Assembly: GCA_030770535.1 (NCBI GenBank)
Contig: JASVEC010000011.1
Coordinates: 992,001-1,056,000 of the forward strand
Source of the DNA: Batkoa obscura
Lineage: Eukaryota
Direction: 5' to 3'
DNA length: 64,000 nucleotides
Shown here: positions 25,297 to 37,137 of the stretch, piece after piece
Layout: each line of letters opens with the position of its first letter
How positions within the stretch are numbered: position 1 is the stretch's first letter
Notes under the pieces: model-generated
The model's database searches: none
What the model saw: the letters and a program-made list of their open reading frames with translations, nothing else
Told to the model about the DNA's origin: nothing
Position numbers and translations under genes: made by a program

Positions 25297-25464
25297 CGTG
25301 GTTGTATATATTTGCGTTTTTTACTAACCTCTACCAATTTGATCTGAAATAAAAGTAACTTTGATCCAATTATATTAATAGAATATTATACTAATCTCAG
25401 AGAAAGACTTTTATTTTGAATCAATTTGGAAGAGATCAGTAAAAATCGCAAATATATAATCACG
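25297..25464. mobile_element. Second foldback/MITE-like inverted repeat
   Basis: ~58-bp imperfect arms CGTGGTTGTATATATTTGCG...CGCAAATATATAATCACG. Confidence 0.6.
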
Positions 25465-25733
25465 AATGTATCGTTTTTAACTTTTTCGCTGTTTTATTTC
25501 ATTTAATAAATATTTAACACCTAATAGCTGTAATCTAATTAAAATATCTAATACTTAACAATACTGAGTATTCATAATATGCTAATTATTTTATTCATAT
25601 AGAGATATGTTAATAAAATAGAATAAAATAAAATAAAATAAAAAAACTGAATTTAATAAGCTAAAACAATATAACTAATTAAAGAATGCACTTAATAAAA
25701 GGATTCATTTGTAAATAATTTTGTTTAATAGAA

Positions 25734-27255
25734 CTAAGTATAATAAGCCAACTTTATAAGTTGAATGTCCAAATCTTTTGGATATACGAAACCAGCTGTA
25801 GTAAGAACAGGTGCTTCCCATTCTTTCGATTTTGGACCTAGTTTAAGTTCATATTTTTGCAATAGTAATGAAAGTACAACTCTTTGTTCAATCAATGAGA
25901 AATTGATACCAACACCTAAAAAGCTATTAGTAAATATTATAAGAAAAAATAGTAAACTTACATAATCTAGAACCACCACCAAATGGCATCCATGAGTTAG
26001 ATTGTTCACCATAAGGATCTAAGAAACGATCAGGATCGAATTTCTCTGGGTTTGGGAAGTATTTTTCATTATGATGCACTCCCCAAATATAACAACTAAG
26101 ATGAGTTCCCCCTTTGATTAACAAATTATTAGGTAATATCTCATCATTATCACAATAACGCATCAACATACCAACGGTAGAAATAGATCTCATAGTTTCC
26201 TTGATAAAACAATTCATATATGTAAGCTCTTTTTGTTGCTCATGAGATGGTATAATGTTTCCATCATTACCTAGAACATTAACTATTTCTTTACGAAGTT
26301 TCTGTTGAATTTCTGGGTATTTTGCTAAAAAGTAAACAGCTGAAGTAAGAGTGTTTGCTGTAGTATCATGACCAGCTAAAAAGAAAGTAGCTAAATTGTT
26401 TACGACTTCTTCAGTAGTTAAACTTTCGTTAGTAGATTCCATCATATTTTTAAGCATTAAAGTAACGAGGTCATCTTTAGCATCTCCATTTTCAATCTCC
26501 TTTTTACGGAGTGTGATGATTTCAGCTAAAAATGTACGAAACTCTTCATTTTTACGATGATAATATTGACGTGATGGAACAATAGTTTCTAATATAGGAA
26601 GAATAAAATAAATAGGATTAAACATTCCTTTCATTAGTTCGTTATATGTATGCATCATTTTGCTTTCACCACCATTTTTAACAGCTTCAAAATTGAAACT
26701 AAACAATCCTTTTCCTAAAACATCTAAAGTAAGACGTTGAAAAAGATCATGTAAAACAATTGGCTTGGTACCATTTTCTTCAACCACCTCAACAAGCTCA
26801 TTAGCACATTCACCAAATATTTCTACTGACCAAGTTTTCTTAAAAGCGGGATTGATGATACGACGATGGCGTTTCCACTCTTCATTATCATTTGTAACTA
26901 TATTTGATTTACCAAAAAACTTACCACCTAATTGGTTTTCTGTAAAAACCTCTTTTTTTTTCTTCAAAAATACATCTGTACGATTATAAATATGTTTGAT
27001 ACTTGGAGCATCTGCTATAAACATTTCCCAACTTCCTCTCTGCCAAATCATCCCATATTCTTTTTCTCTAATTACTGGTTCAATTAGCTTCTTATGACGA
27101 ACATCGAATGACTCCCCTTTGATAAAGGACAAAATAAACTTAATAAAAGAGATTTGAGGGACGCCCTTTAAGTGCTCAGGAACCTCAAATAGCTTATAAA
27201 CCTTATAAGCTACAAACGAAGTCAATAGGATAAACCCCAAAGTTAGATATAACAT
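25734..27255 (-). CDS. Cytochrome P450, one intron (25916-25961)
   Basis: N-terminal membrane anchor, AGHDTT I-helix, ETMR (ExxR), FDPDRF, and heme motif FGGGSRLCVG completed by splicing. Confidence 0.95.
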
Positions 27256-28074
27256 TGATAAAGAAATTAAATTGTGTCGAAAAAATATAACATTGATAAA
27301 TTAGCAGTCACAGCTTTTATAGTAGCTTTAAGTTGTGCTTTTTAGATCTAATCAGTTTTATATTAAATCAACTGAAACAATTAAGCTTAAGCTAAATTTG
27401 GGAATAAAAGGGTAATTTTTAGCTATCTAAATTTAATGCGAAGTCTATGTTAGATTTTACCCGTTATTACTATAAAAATACTCTTAGTTTGAAGCTTTTT
27501 AATAAATTAAACAAAATATTAGGAAAGTTTAAGTTCATGATTTTATAAATGGAGTAAGAAGCTTGAAGTTTTAATTACAATGATTAAAAATATACTATCT
27601 CTTCTACATAGTTATTAGTTATATATACAACCATAATTACAATATACGTCTTATAGCTTATATTTTTTATAAATATTGTTTATTGCTTTTTTATAAAGTT
27701 AATATCACTACTATCATTTAAAATCAAGCTAAAGCTTGCATTGTTAAGGTGTGTTAAAATTTAGTTGATTACATAATGGTATTCTATAAATAACAAATAT
27801 GTCAATAAGTTTACTGTTTTAATATGGTTTGAATTAAAGGGGAGCGTTTATTTAATTATTGATGTGGCATATTTAATAATACCAAGAATAATACTTTAAA
27901 GCCGATAAAGTTCTGATTGCTGATAACTTATAAATCGATTAAAAGTCGGAAATGGTGCCGAACTTTAACACAATTTTAATTTTATTATAAAATAACTGCG
28001 CGCCTAATAAAGTAAACTATAAAAATATTTTATTTTTCTAAAATTATAAAGTTTATTCAATATCAAGAACATAT

Positions 28075-28173
28075 GGGGATGTATTTTTTTGTTTAAAGGT
28101 TTTACTAACAATCTTTCCGCTCAAATAGCGCTTAAAAAATGGAAAAAGTAATGAAACCAAAAAAAACACCCCC
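28075..28173 (+). mobile_element. MITE copy 9
   Basis: ATAT TSD. Confidence 0.9.
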
Positions 28174-29516
28174 ATATAACCTATATTATAATCTTTATTT
28201 ATAGACTTAACTATATATTGTATTGAATCCATTTCAAAAAACAGCTTTATTGAAATTGATGTTATTTGAGTTAAATATGAATATATATTTTATATACATA
28301 TTATTTTATTTATAATATAGTGATATTAATAGTCTCGTTTAAATTTTTATTGTTGTTAAATCATAAAAGATACTTCTTAATTAGAAAAATCTATTTTTAT
28401 ATTTGCTATGATTTAAATAAAAAGGTTAAAATAAATAATTGGATTTCATGAAAAATAGCAATTATTTTGTTGAAGTAAAAATATTTGAAATGCCTAAGAG
28501 TATATTAAAAAGTATTGACTATACGTATTATTTACTTGATATATTTGATGAGTTAGTCTTATCAAAAATGTGATACGTTTATTAAATATGATAAGTTAAA
28601 AATATTTTTTAACAAATGTACTTTAAAGGTACTGCTTTTAAAAATAATTAAAGCTGTTAATTTTACATGTAGTTACGATTTTTTAGTTTTTTAAATACAT
28701 TTGATATGATTTAAATAAAACAATATTAGTAATTTAAAGCTCAAATTTTGTTTTATTATCTTATGTATTATCTTTTGTATTTAATATGACCCAACTAATT
28801 ATTAACAAATAGAATAAATAAGACATTAAAATATTTGACTAGAAACGTATATCAAATTTGTTATTTTACAATTAAACCAGTGAAAGATCAAATCAAAGCT
28901 TAATTAATCCGCTAGATCTGCCCTCTGGCTATCGATTTTGGCTAAGCTTTGGATCCATACCCTTTCCTACACACTAACACTAAACCCAGATGATACCCTA
29001 GTGCAATTCGACACTTATTTATTATTATACAAGCCCCCATTATGTCAACCAGTATATGGGCCATCCAACTCAATTCTACCTCTCTCGCTTTTTCCGCACT
29101 TTCTAGTTTATCTCCACCTCCCTTTATATTGGTAATTTAACTAAACACCTACTTAAAAGAATATCTCTGGATCACCTGGGGGTCCTCAAACTCAAACTTA
29201 CTCAAAGTTTACTTGCGATGGTTCCTGTGTTTAACTAAGTTAAATAGCTTACCTCTAGTCACCTTAGTTCGATATAGCCAAGATCTCTTCTATTTGCTTT
29301 GTTCTTGACTAATTAGAAGATTTGGGGGGAAAGCTTTCAAATTGAAAAAGAAAATTAAATTAATCAATGTTACTAATATTTTATATACTGAATATTTCAT
29401 TTATAGGCATATTGATAAAACAAGGCTAAAATGAATAATCTTATACTTGGTTAATATGAAACAACAAACATTGATAGATAATTATTAAAAAATCAGTATT
29501 TAAATATTTATCTATT

Positions 29517-30352
29517 TTAAGTATGATCAGATAATTTAAAAAGTTGAATGTCCAAATCTTTTGGATATACGAAACCAGCTGTAGTAAGAACAGGTGCTTC
29601 CCATTCTTTCGATTTTGGACCTAGTTTAAGTTCATATTTTTGCAATAGTAATGAAAGTACAACTCTTTGTTCAATCAATGAGAAATTGATACCAACACCT
29701 AAAAAGCTATTAGTAAATATTATAAGAAAAAATAGTAAACTTACATAATCTAGAACCACCACCAAATGGCATCCATGAGTTAGATTGTTCACCATAAGGA
29801 TCTAAGAAACGATCAGGATCGAATTTCTCTGGGTTTGGGAAGTATTTTTCATTATGATGCACTCCCCAAATATAACAACTAAGATGAGTTCCCCCTTTGA
29901 TTAACAAATTATTAGGTAATATCTCATCATTATCACAATAACGCATCAACATACCAACGGTAGAAATAGATCTCATAGTTTCCTTGATAAAACAATTCAT
30001 ATATGTAAGCTCTTTTTGTTGCTCATGAGATGGTATAATGTTTCCATCATTACCTAGAACATTAACTATTTCTTTACGAAGTTTCTGTTGAATTTCTGGG
30101 TATTTTGCTAAAAAGTAAACAGCTGAAGTAAGAGTGTTTGCTGTAGTATCATGACCAGCTAAAAAGAAAGTAGCTAAATTGTTTACGACTTCTTCAGTAG
30201 TTAAACTTTCGTTAGTAGATTCCATCATATTTTTAAGCATTAAAGTAACGAGGTCATCTTTAGCATCTCCTTTTTCAATCTCCTTTTTACGGAGTGTGAT
30301 GATTTCAGCTAAAAATGTACGAAACTCTTCATTTTTACAATGATAGTATTGA
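29517..30352 (-). pseudogene. 5'-deleted cytochrome P450 duplicate
   Basis: Near-identical to ~25758-26568 including the intron, then joins directly to a homologue of the upstream region; about 230 N-terminal codons are missing. Confidence 0.85.
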
Positions 30353-30587
30353 TAAAAATTTAAATAAGTTCAAAGAAATATGACAATGATGAATATAACA
30401 GCCACAGCTTTAAATTATGGTTTTTAGATCTAATCAGTTTCGCACTAGATTGACAGAAACAATTGAGCTTAGGATAAATTTAGGAATAAAGAGGCAATTT
30501 TACCTGTCTAGATTCAGTGAAAAGCTTTTGTTAAAGATTTTAGATGCCATTATTATAGAACTACTTTTGCTTTGAAGCTTTCGAAAA

Positions 30588-31054
30588 CGATTTAGTAAAA
30601 TTACAACACATTTTTGTTAGTTTCACAACAAATCCTATGTAGTTTTGTTAGTGACTGTCTTACCTAGTCTATTCCATTTATGTCAATTCCATTTATGTCA
30701 ATTCCATAATGGAATCAACGAACAAATACTTGAAGATAAGCATCAACTTTTTCTTTAAAAATCTTAAGGGGGTTAGACTCACAAATAGCTTCTTGTTGGA
30801 GGTAAGTAAAAGGATGAAAAACCTGAACGACAAGTAAAGCGAGTGCCAATAAAGGGAGAGAAGAGAGCTAAGGAAGAACTTGGAGATTGATCAATTCGGC
30901 TTCATAAGCATCAAATTTTAATCTTAGTAACTTTTGGAAATATTTATTTGTTAAATCCATTCTGGAATTAGCATGCATAAATGGAGTAGATTAAGTGAAA
31001 CAGCTAATAATAAAACTATAGAAGATTAGTTTGCTGCGATTTAACTAAATCCCT
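30588..31054. mobile_element. Degenerate TIR insertion in the duplicated P450 promoter
   Basis: Absent from the homologous promoter at ~27500; imperfect inverted arms (TCTATTCCATTTATG versus CATAAATGGAGTAGA). Confidence 0.5.
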
Positions 31055-31948
31055 TAATAAATTAACCAAAATAAAGAAGCTTTAAATCTATGATTTATAT
31101 ATAAAATATAAAGTTTGAAAATTTAATTGTAACAACCAAAAGGATGTTATCTCTTTTATACATTGTTAGTTACAAATATTGTCATATTTATAATATTTAT
31201 ACTATAAATTACATTTTTTACATAATATTGTTTATTGCTTTTTTATAAAGTTAATATCACTACTATCATTTAAAATCAAGCTAAAGCTCACATTATTAAA
31301 ATGTATTAAGATTTAGTTGATTACATAATGACGTTCTATAAATAATAAATATGCCAATAAGTTTATTGTTTTAATAAGCTTTAAATTAAATGAAATATTT
31401 TATTTATCAAAGTTCAAGTTAATAAGATTTGATTTTTAATAGTTGGTAATCAACTAGAATCAGGGAAATGCTATTGAACCTTGAGCATATAACATCTATC
31501 ACTAGCATAGGATATATACCATATATGATATACTGTATTGGGTATTGCTCATTATAATATCTATTTTATTAAAATAATAATACATAATGCTATTAAAATC
31601 TAACTCTTCAAAATGAACATAGTTAAAATATTATAAGGATACTATTTTAATTATAACAGAATGATTAAAGTTTTGCTTAAGCTATTCATATTTTTAAATT
31701 AATTGTAAATTTTATTAAGAAACTACTAATTATTAAATCCATTGTGACTTAAATTTATCAAATTAAATAATTAAATTGTAAATAAGATGCTGATTATTAG
31801 CCTAAATTAAATTAAAATCAATAATAAAATAATAAAATAATAAAATAACAAAATGTATGCTCATATATTAATTTATAGTAAACCAATTCTATTATTGTTT
31901 ATTGCGGTTTTCAAAAATAAAGCTATAAGCTTCAAGATATTAACAGAA

Positions 31949-32020
31949 AGGACCCACCGAGAATCGAACTCGGATTACAAGGATCAAAACCTTGGGTGCT
32001 AACCATTACACCATGGATCC
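31949..32020 (-). tRNA. tRNA-Gln (TTG)
   Basis: 72 nt; GGATCCA/TGGGTCC acceptor stem, CAAGG-TT-TTG-AT-CCTTG anticodon arm, GTTCGATTC T loop. Confidence 0.96.
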
Positions 32021-33755
32021 TACTACCGATCATCTGCTCATTTAGTAAAAATATAAATTTTTTTATTCAAAACTACTTGCTTTATAGATATGTTATTATT
32101 TAGTTTATTTTAAACCTAATTTATGTATCATTAAGCTTTTTAATATCCATTTACTTTAACTTGTAATTTCATTGGTAACAAAAGGGTGGAACTTGTCTTT
32201 AATATCAGATAAGACATCAGTGTTATTTGAAGTGTAAAATAGGGATGACTTTAGTTATGATCGGAATTTTTTTTAAAACATTTATTTTAAGCTGAATATC
32301 ATAGTAGAAAGAGGAGGATTTAAAATGCAAATTGTTCAGATTGATCTAAATTTTTGTTCAAAATTTTTGTAATTTATAAAGTAGAATTTCAAATTTTGTT
32401 TATTTTCTGACAAAAATTTTTTTGAAATAGTCGTGGCAGGTTGGAAACACTGTATGTTTTCTATTATATTGGTGATTGCTTCTATATGTTTTATAAAATG
32501 ATTGAATAATATAAATGATACTAAGAGCAATAGTTTAGCATAGCTAAAAATTTACTATGGTTTTTTTCAATAATAGAATTCATATTCATCGCATTCAGTT
32601 GCTAAACAGAATATTTGTAATTATGTAAAATATTTTGTAATAATGAAATCAAATTCGATTAAACTAGTACAATCACTATTGTTATTATTATAATTTTCTA
32701 GTTTGCTAGTAATTAATTGAATTAACTTGACGGCAAATTTAATAGTTATAAATGTCTCCCATTAGGATAACGTATTTTAATATAACATTTTGATTTAAGT
32801 ATTATCAATTATTATAATAGATTTTGTAATTAGTTATTGATTATAAGCAATAATATCAATAACGTCACAACAAGAACTATAAATTAAAAAAAATACTTAT
32901 AAGTTTAGATCATTTAAACTTAAAACAAGAGCCAAGAAATTGACAACTATTTAACTTTATTCTATGAAGAGTTTTAAACTTAAAATATGTTTCCAAATGG
33001 TAAAATAAAATGCAAGTTGACGTAAATTTATTAATTTTTACAATTTTAAATCAAGCAATTAGAAAATAAAAACGTGACTGTTTTTTATAACCAATAAAAC
33101 TTTAGATAGCATATTGATTTAGGGTATAGAATAGTTTGAATAATAATAATAATATGTCCTTTCAAAAATAGATTCAACCTTGACTATTATTTGAGAAACC
33201 TGGATAAAGTTCAATGTAGAAGCTTCCAGCTAATTTAAATTAACACTCGTATTTAATGATTTTTATAAACTTAATAATTAAATAGGTAAGGCTAATTTTC
33301 TAACTTGACAATTGAACAAAGTTAACTACCCCATTTGCGTGGTTAATAATGGAGTGTAATAATCAAAAAAAAGAGAAATTAATTAATCAAATAGAAGCTC
33401 ATTTTCAAAATGGAGTACACTAAAGAGTTTGTTTATTTTTATTCATCACCTATTAGATAGAAGTTAGTTCCATATTAGCATATTCATTGAATGTATTACT
33501 AAGTTTTGTAAATTTATTTGAATCTTACCTAAGGGGAAGTTGTGGAGGGAGATTTGTAAAAATTCATGTCAATCTTATAAAAGGAAATTTTTTAATAAAA
33601 TCATCAGTTAAAGTTGGGGTCTAAGTTCCAGTTTTTTTTATAAAAAATGGGTGATTTTTAAACTTCCGTTATTAAAATTTGGGACTATAAATATACAGTT
33701 TTATCCATTATTAAAGTTAATCTTTTTTATCACTATTTAGTTTTTATTGAAAATC

Positions 33756-34481
33756 ATGGTTTATACAGCTAATTTACCTACTACTTATGATACTTTTAAA
33801 GAAAGAGAGAAGGCTTCTTTTAATCATAACTCGAAGCCTATAACAGCTAGTTTAGTTATACCTGATACATTAGTATTATCGATTGATGAAACATTATGTC
33901 CAACAATCTATCGAAAATTTTCTGGTAAAGTAAAGATAATGAATCCCAATTTAATAAAGTTAAAAAAAGTAGAAGTATTTTTATTAGGAGAAAGTAATTT
34001 CTTATACAAAGAATCGGATAAAAAAAAGATTTATTTAAAGAGAAGCTCCCATCAACATTTATTTTTAAATCAAGAATTAACCCTCAACGCTACTGCCTGC
34101 AGTAAACCAAAACTTAGTTTAGATTTTTCATTTGATATTAATATGGATTTACCAGACTCATTTCATCAAAAAACAAGTTCCAATCAATATAAAATCATAG
34201 CCAACTTAACTTTTGAAGGTATTATTAAAGATTCAATAACTCAATTAACAGTGGAACAACCCTTTTCTGTTCAACATAAACTTATTATGTCCAATCAACA
34301 ATTCCGTAAGTCCATCTGTGATACAAATGCTACTTCCTCTATTAGTGAAAAAGAAATAGATAAAAGAAGAATGAGTAAAAGGTTAAGTTCCATACTTGTT
34401 AAATTAAACAATAAGGAATCTTGCTTTTCAAAGTGGAATTGTTTTCGCACTAAAGCTTCACCCTATGATGGTCAGGTTTAA
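33756..34481 (+). CDS. Arrestin N-domain-like protein
   Basis: ATG at 33756; FSGKVKI, KKVEVFLLGES and FSFDINMDLPDSF...YKIIANL resemble arrestin_N beta strands. Confidence 0.6.
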   Translation: MVYTANLPTTYDTFKEREKASFNHNSKPITASLVIPDTLVLSIDETLCPTIYRKFSGKVKIMNPNLIKLKKVEVFLLGESNFLYKESDKKKIYLKRSSHQHLFLNQELTLNATACSKPKLSLDFSFDINMDLPDSFHQKTSSNQYKIIANLTFEGIIKDSITQLTVEQPFSVQHKLIMSNQQFRKSICDTNATSSISEKEIDKRRMSKRLSSILVKLNNKESCFSKWNCFRTKASPYDGQV

Positions 34482-34800
34482 TATTCATCCGTATTCTATT
34501 TATGTTTCTCCCTCTCTTCTCCTTCTTCAATATACTACATTTGTCATACATTAATAAAATTAATTATTATTAACATTGATATTTATAAAACATATTCTTA
34601 AATATTTATTATGTTGATGAGTCATTTGTATACTTTATTCAATTGATTTAAGCGCAGTCACATTTGATAATTTTTTATTACATCCACAATTGAATAAAGT
34701 CCGAAAACTTATAATTTTTAAACTGAAATTAAGGATATTTAACTTAGTTAAGGATCTAGAAGCATCTAAAATTACTTTAAAATTGAAATTAAAATAAATG

Positions 34801-36290
34801 GGAGATGTCTGAATTGGTTTCATTTTTTTATTCAATTTTTAAAAGTTATATATTTTAAAACTTTGCTTAATATTCTATAAAGATAAATTCTTTATTAAAA
34901 ATCAAAAATACCCAACACAGTTTTAAATTATTTTATTATAGTTTATGTTGTAAGTTAGCAGGATTTCTATTAAATTTAATGCAAATTCCAGGATTAGTAA
35001 GGGTTTTACTGATATAGCTTATATATTAATATTAACCAGTTGTAATATATAAATAAATGCATATTCTTATAAAACAACATTAAGAAATATTTACTATTAA
35101 CTGCTTTATAGCTAACATTACAGATTTACTATTAAATAAATAAATTGTTTTAATGTTATAATTACATTATTAACATATCACTAAGTTAATAAATAGCTGC
35201 ATAGGAGGGAATAGTCAGTTTTAAAACTATAATTAATTATCTTTATGTAATACAAGCAGTATAATAATAGTTTTTATTTATTATTACAATTATTTACTTT
35301 TAGCTAGTTACTAACTTAGCTATTAATAATTTAAATAATATTACTATTTGATAATTAATTTTTATTATTTAATAAACTACTTGTTTAGTAAATATCAAAA
35401 TTTTCAAATTTTCTGTTATTTTTGTAAAATAAGCTGGGGTTGATCTTTGTGAAAGTTGATACTCAGTGATCGGAGTTAGAAGCTACTCTTGCTTAATTAA
35501 CTTGCCTTGAGTCGAACAATCTTAGTTTATATGACTAAGATAGACTTAAATGAATAAGAATAATACATAATAAGCTACGAATTATGTAAAACAAATAGAA
35601 TAGAAGATACTACTGTAAAATCTACGTAAGATATTGTCAGAAAGACTTAGTGGCTTTATTAATGATACAATATCAGGGAGTAATTCAATTAAAAAAGCCT
35701 CGAGTTACTATGTCGAAGAATCTCTTTTATACTCCGACTGAATGGGTATATATAAGGAACATTATAACAGTTATTCCTTATTATAGTTGCCAAGTATGGA
35801 CATTAAAACGTGGACAATAAGTTCTTCGTGATCAGGTGGTAGCAATCCTCACAGCAAATCTATATAAGGAACTCTGAATTGATTATTATATTACAATCAA
35901 TCATAGAGCTAATGAACCGATATTTCACATCTTTTAGTTTATCAGATACTAGATAATAATATAGCTTATTATTATGTTTAATAAAATATAGATATTTTTT
36001 AATATTTTATATTTTTTTTATATCTTTGTTTTTTTCATATTTTTTAAAAACTATATTTGGTCTCCTATTATTAACAGTTGGGTTATTAATTTTATTATAT
36101 TCACAAATAAAAGTTTTGAATTTTGAAATTAATTGATCAACATCTATTTTACCTAATGCTTTAAAACTATTTTTCCATTATAAAAAATTTCTAAAATGTC
36201 TATCAATTATATTTTTTTTATAATACTCAACAAAAAAATTAGGATCAGTGTTTAAATTATTATTTATTTTATAAATTTTTTAATATTATT
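34801..36290. mobile_element. Decayed, truncated Sola2-like copy with nested LTR-like element
   Basis: Left TIR GGAGATGTCTGAATTGGTTTCA; collinear with 36605-37680; many C>T/G>A changes; no right TIR found. Confidence 0.85.
35448..35929 (+). mobile_element. 482-bp solo-LTR-like element, copy 2
   Basis: TGTGAAA...TTTCACA; TCTT on both sides. Confidence 0.78.
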
Positions 36291-36501
36291 AACTTTTGAA
36301 TAAAAATAAATTAAACAAATTAAATAAATAAAAATAAGCTATCCTCATAAAATGATAAAATAACTAAAATAAATTAAAAAAATTGGTTAAAGCTTTTATA
36401 ATTTTTTAACATTAATATTTTAACTATAATAATTATTAAAAGTTAACAGTTGATAAAAAAATAAAGATAAAAAATAATTTTTTTAAATCTTATTATAATA
36501 T

Positions 36502-36600
36502 GAGGATGTTTTTTTTAGCTTTATTACTTTTTCCGTCTTTTAAGCGCTATTTGGGCGGAAAAATTGTTAGTAAAATTCTTAAACACAAAAATACATCACC
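36502..36600 (-). mobile_element. MITE copy 10
   Basis: ATAT TSD, shared with the left flank of the autonomous element. Confidence 0.9.
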
Positions 36601-37137
36601 ATATGGGGGTGTCCGAATTGGTTTCATTTTTTTATCCAATTTTTAAATATTTATATTTTAAAAACTTTGCTTAAAATTCTATAAAAATAAATTCTTTATT
36701 AAAAGCCAAAAGTACCCGACACAGTTTTAAATTATTTTGTTATAATTTATATTGTCAATTAGCGGAATTTTTATTAAATTTAATATAAATTCCTGGATTA
36801 GTAAAGATTTTACTAATATAGCCTGTATAGTGATATTAGTCAAAGTTGTAATATGTAAATAAATATATGCTTTTATATAGCTTTATTAAGAAATATTTAT
36901 TATTAATTGTTTTATATTCAACACTACAGATTTGCTATCAAATGAATAAATTATTTTAATGTTATAATTACATTATTAATATATCGCTAAGTTAATAAAT
37001 AGCTGCATGGGAGGGAGTGGTTAGCCCCAAAACTATAATTAACCATCCCTATGTAATACAAGCAGTGTATTAATAGTTTTTACTTATTATTACAACTACT
37101 TGCTCTTTGACTATTTATTAACTTAGCTATCAATAAT

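Noticed and set aside
25734..26012. Separate 92-aa ORF (also 29517-29795)
   Set aside because: It is exon 2 of the P450 extended through the intron.
28880..29340. GC-richer island between the P450 copies, possible LINE/LTR fragment
   Set aside because: No termini, TSD or convincing protein motif found.
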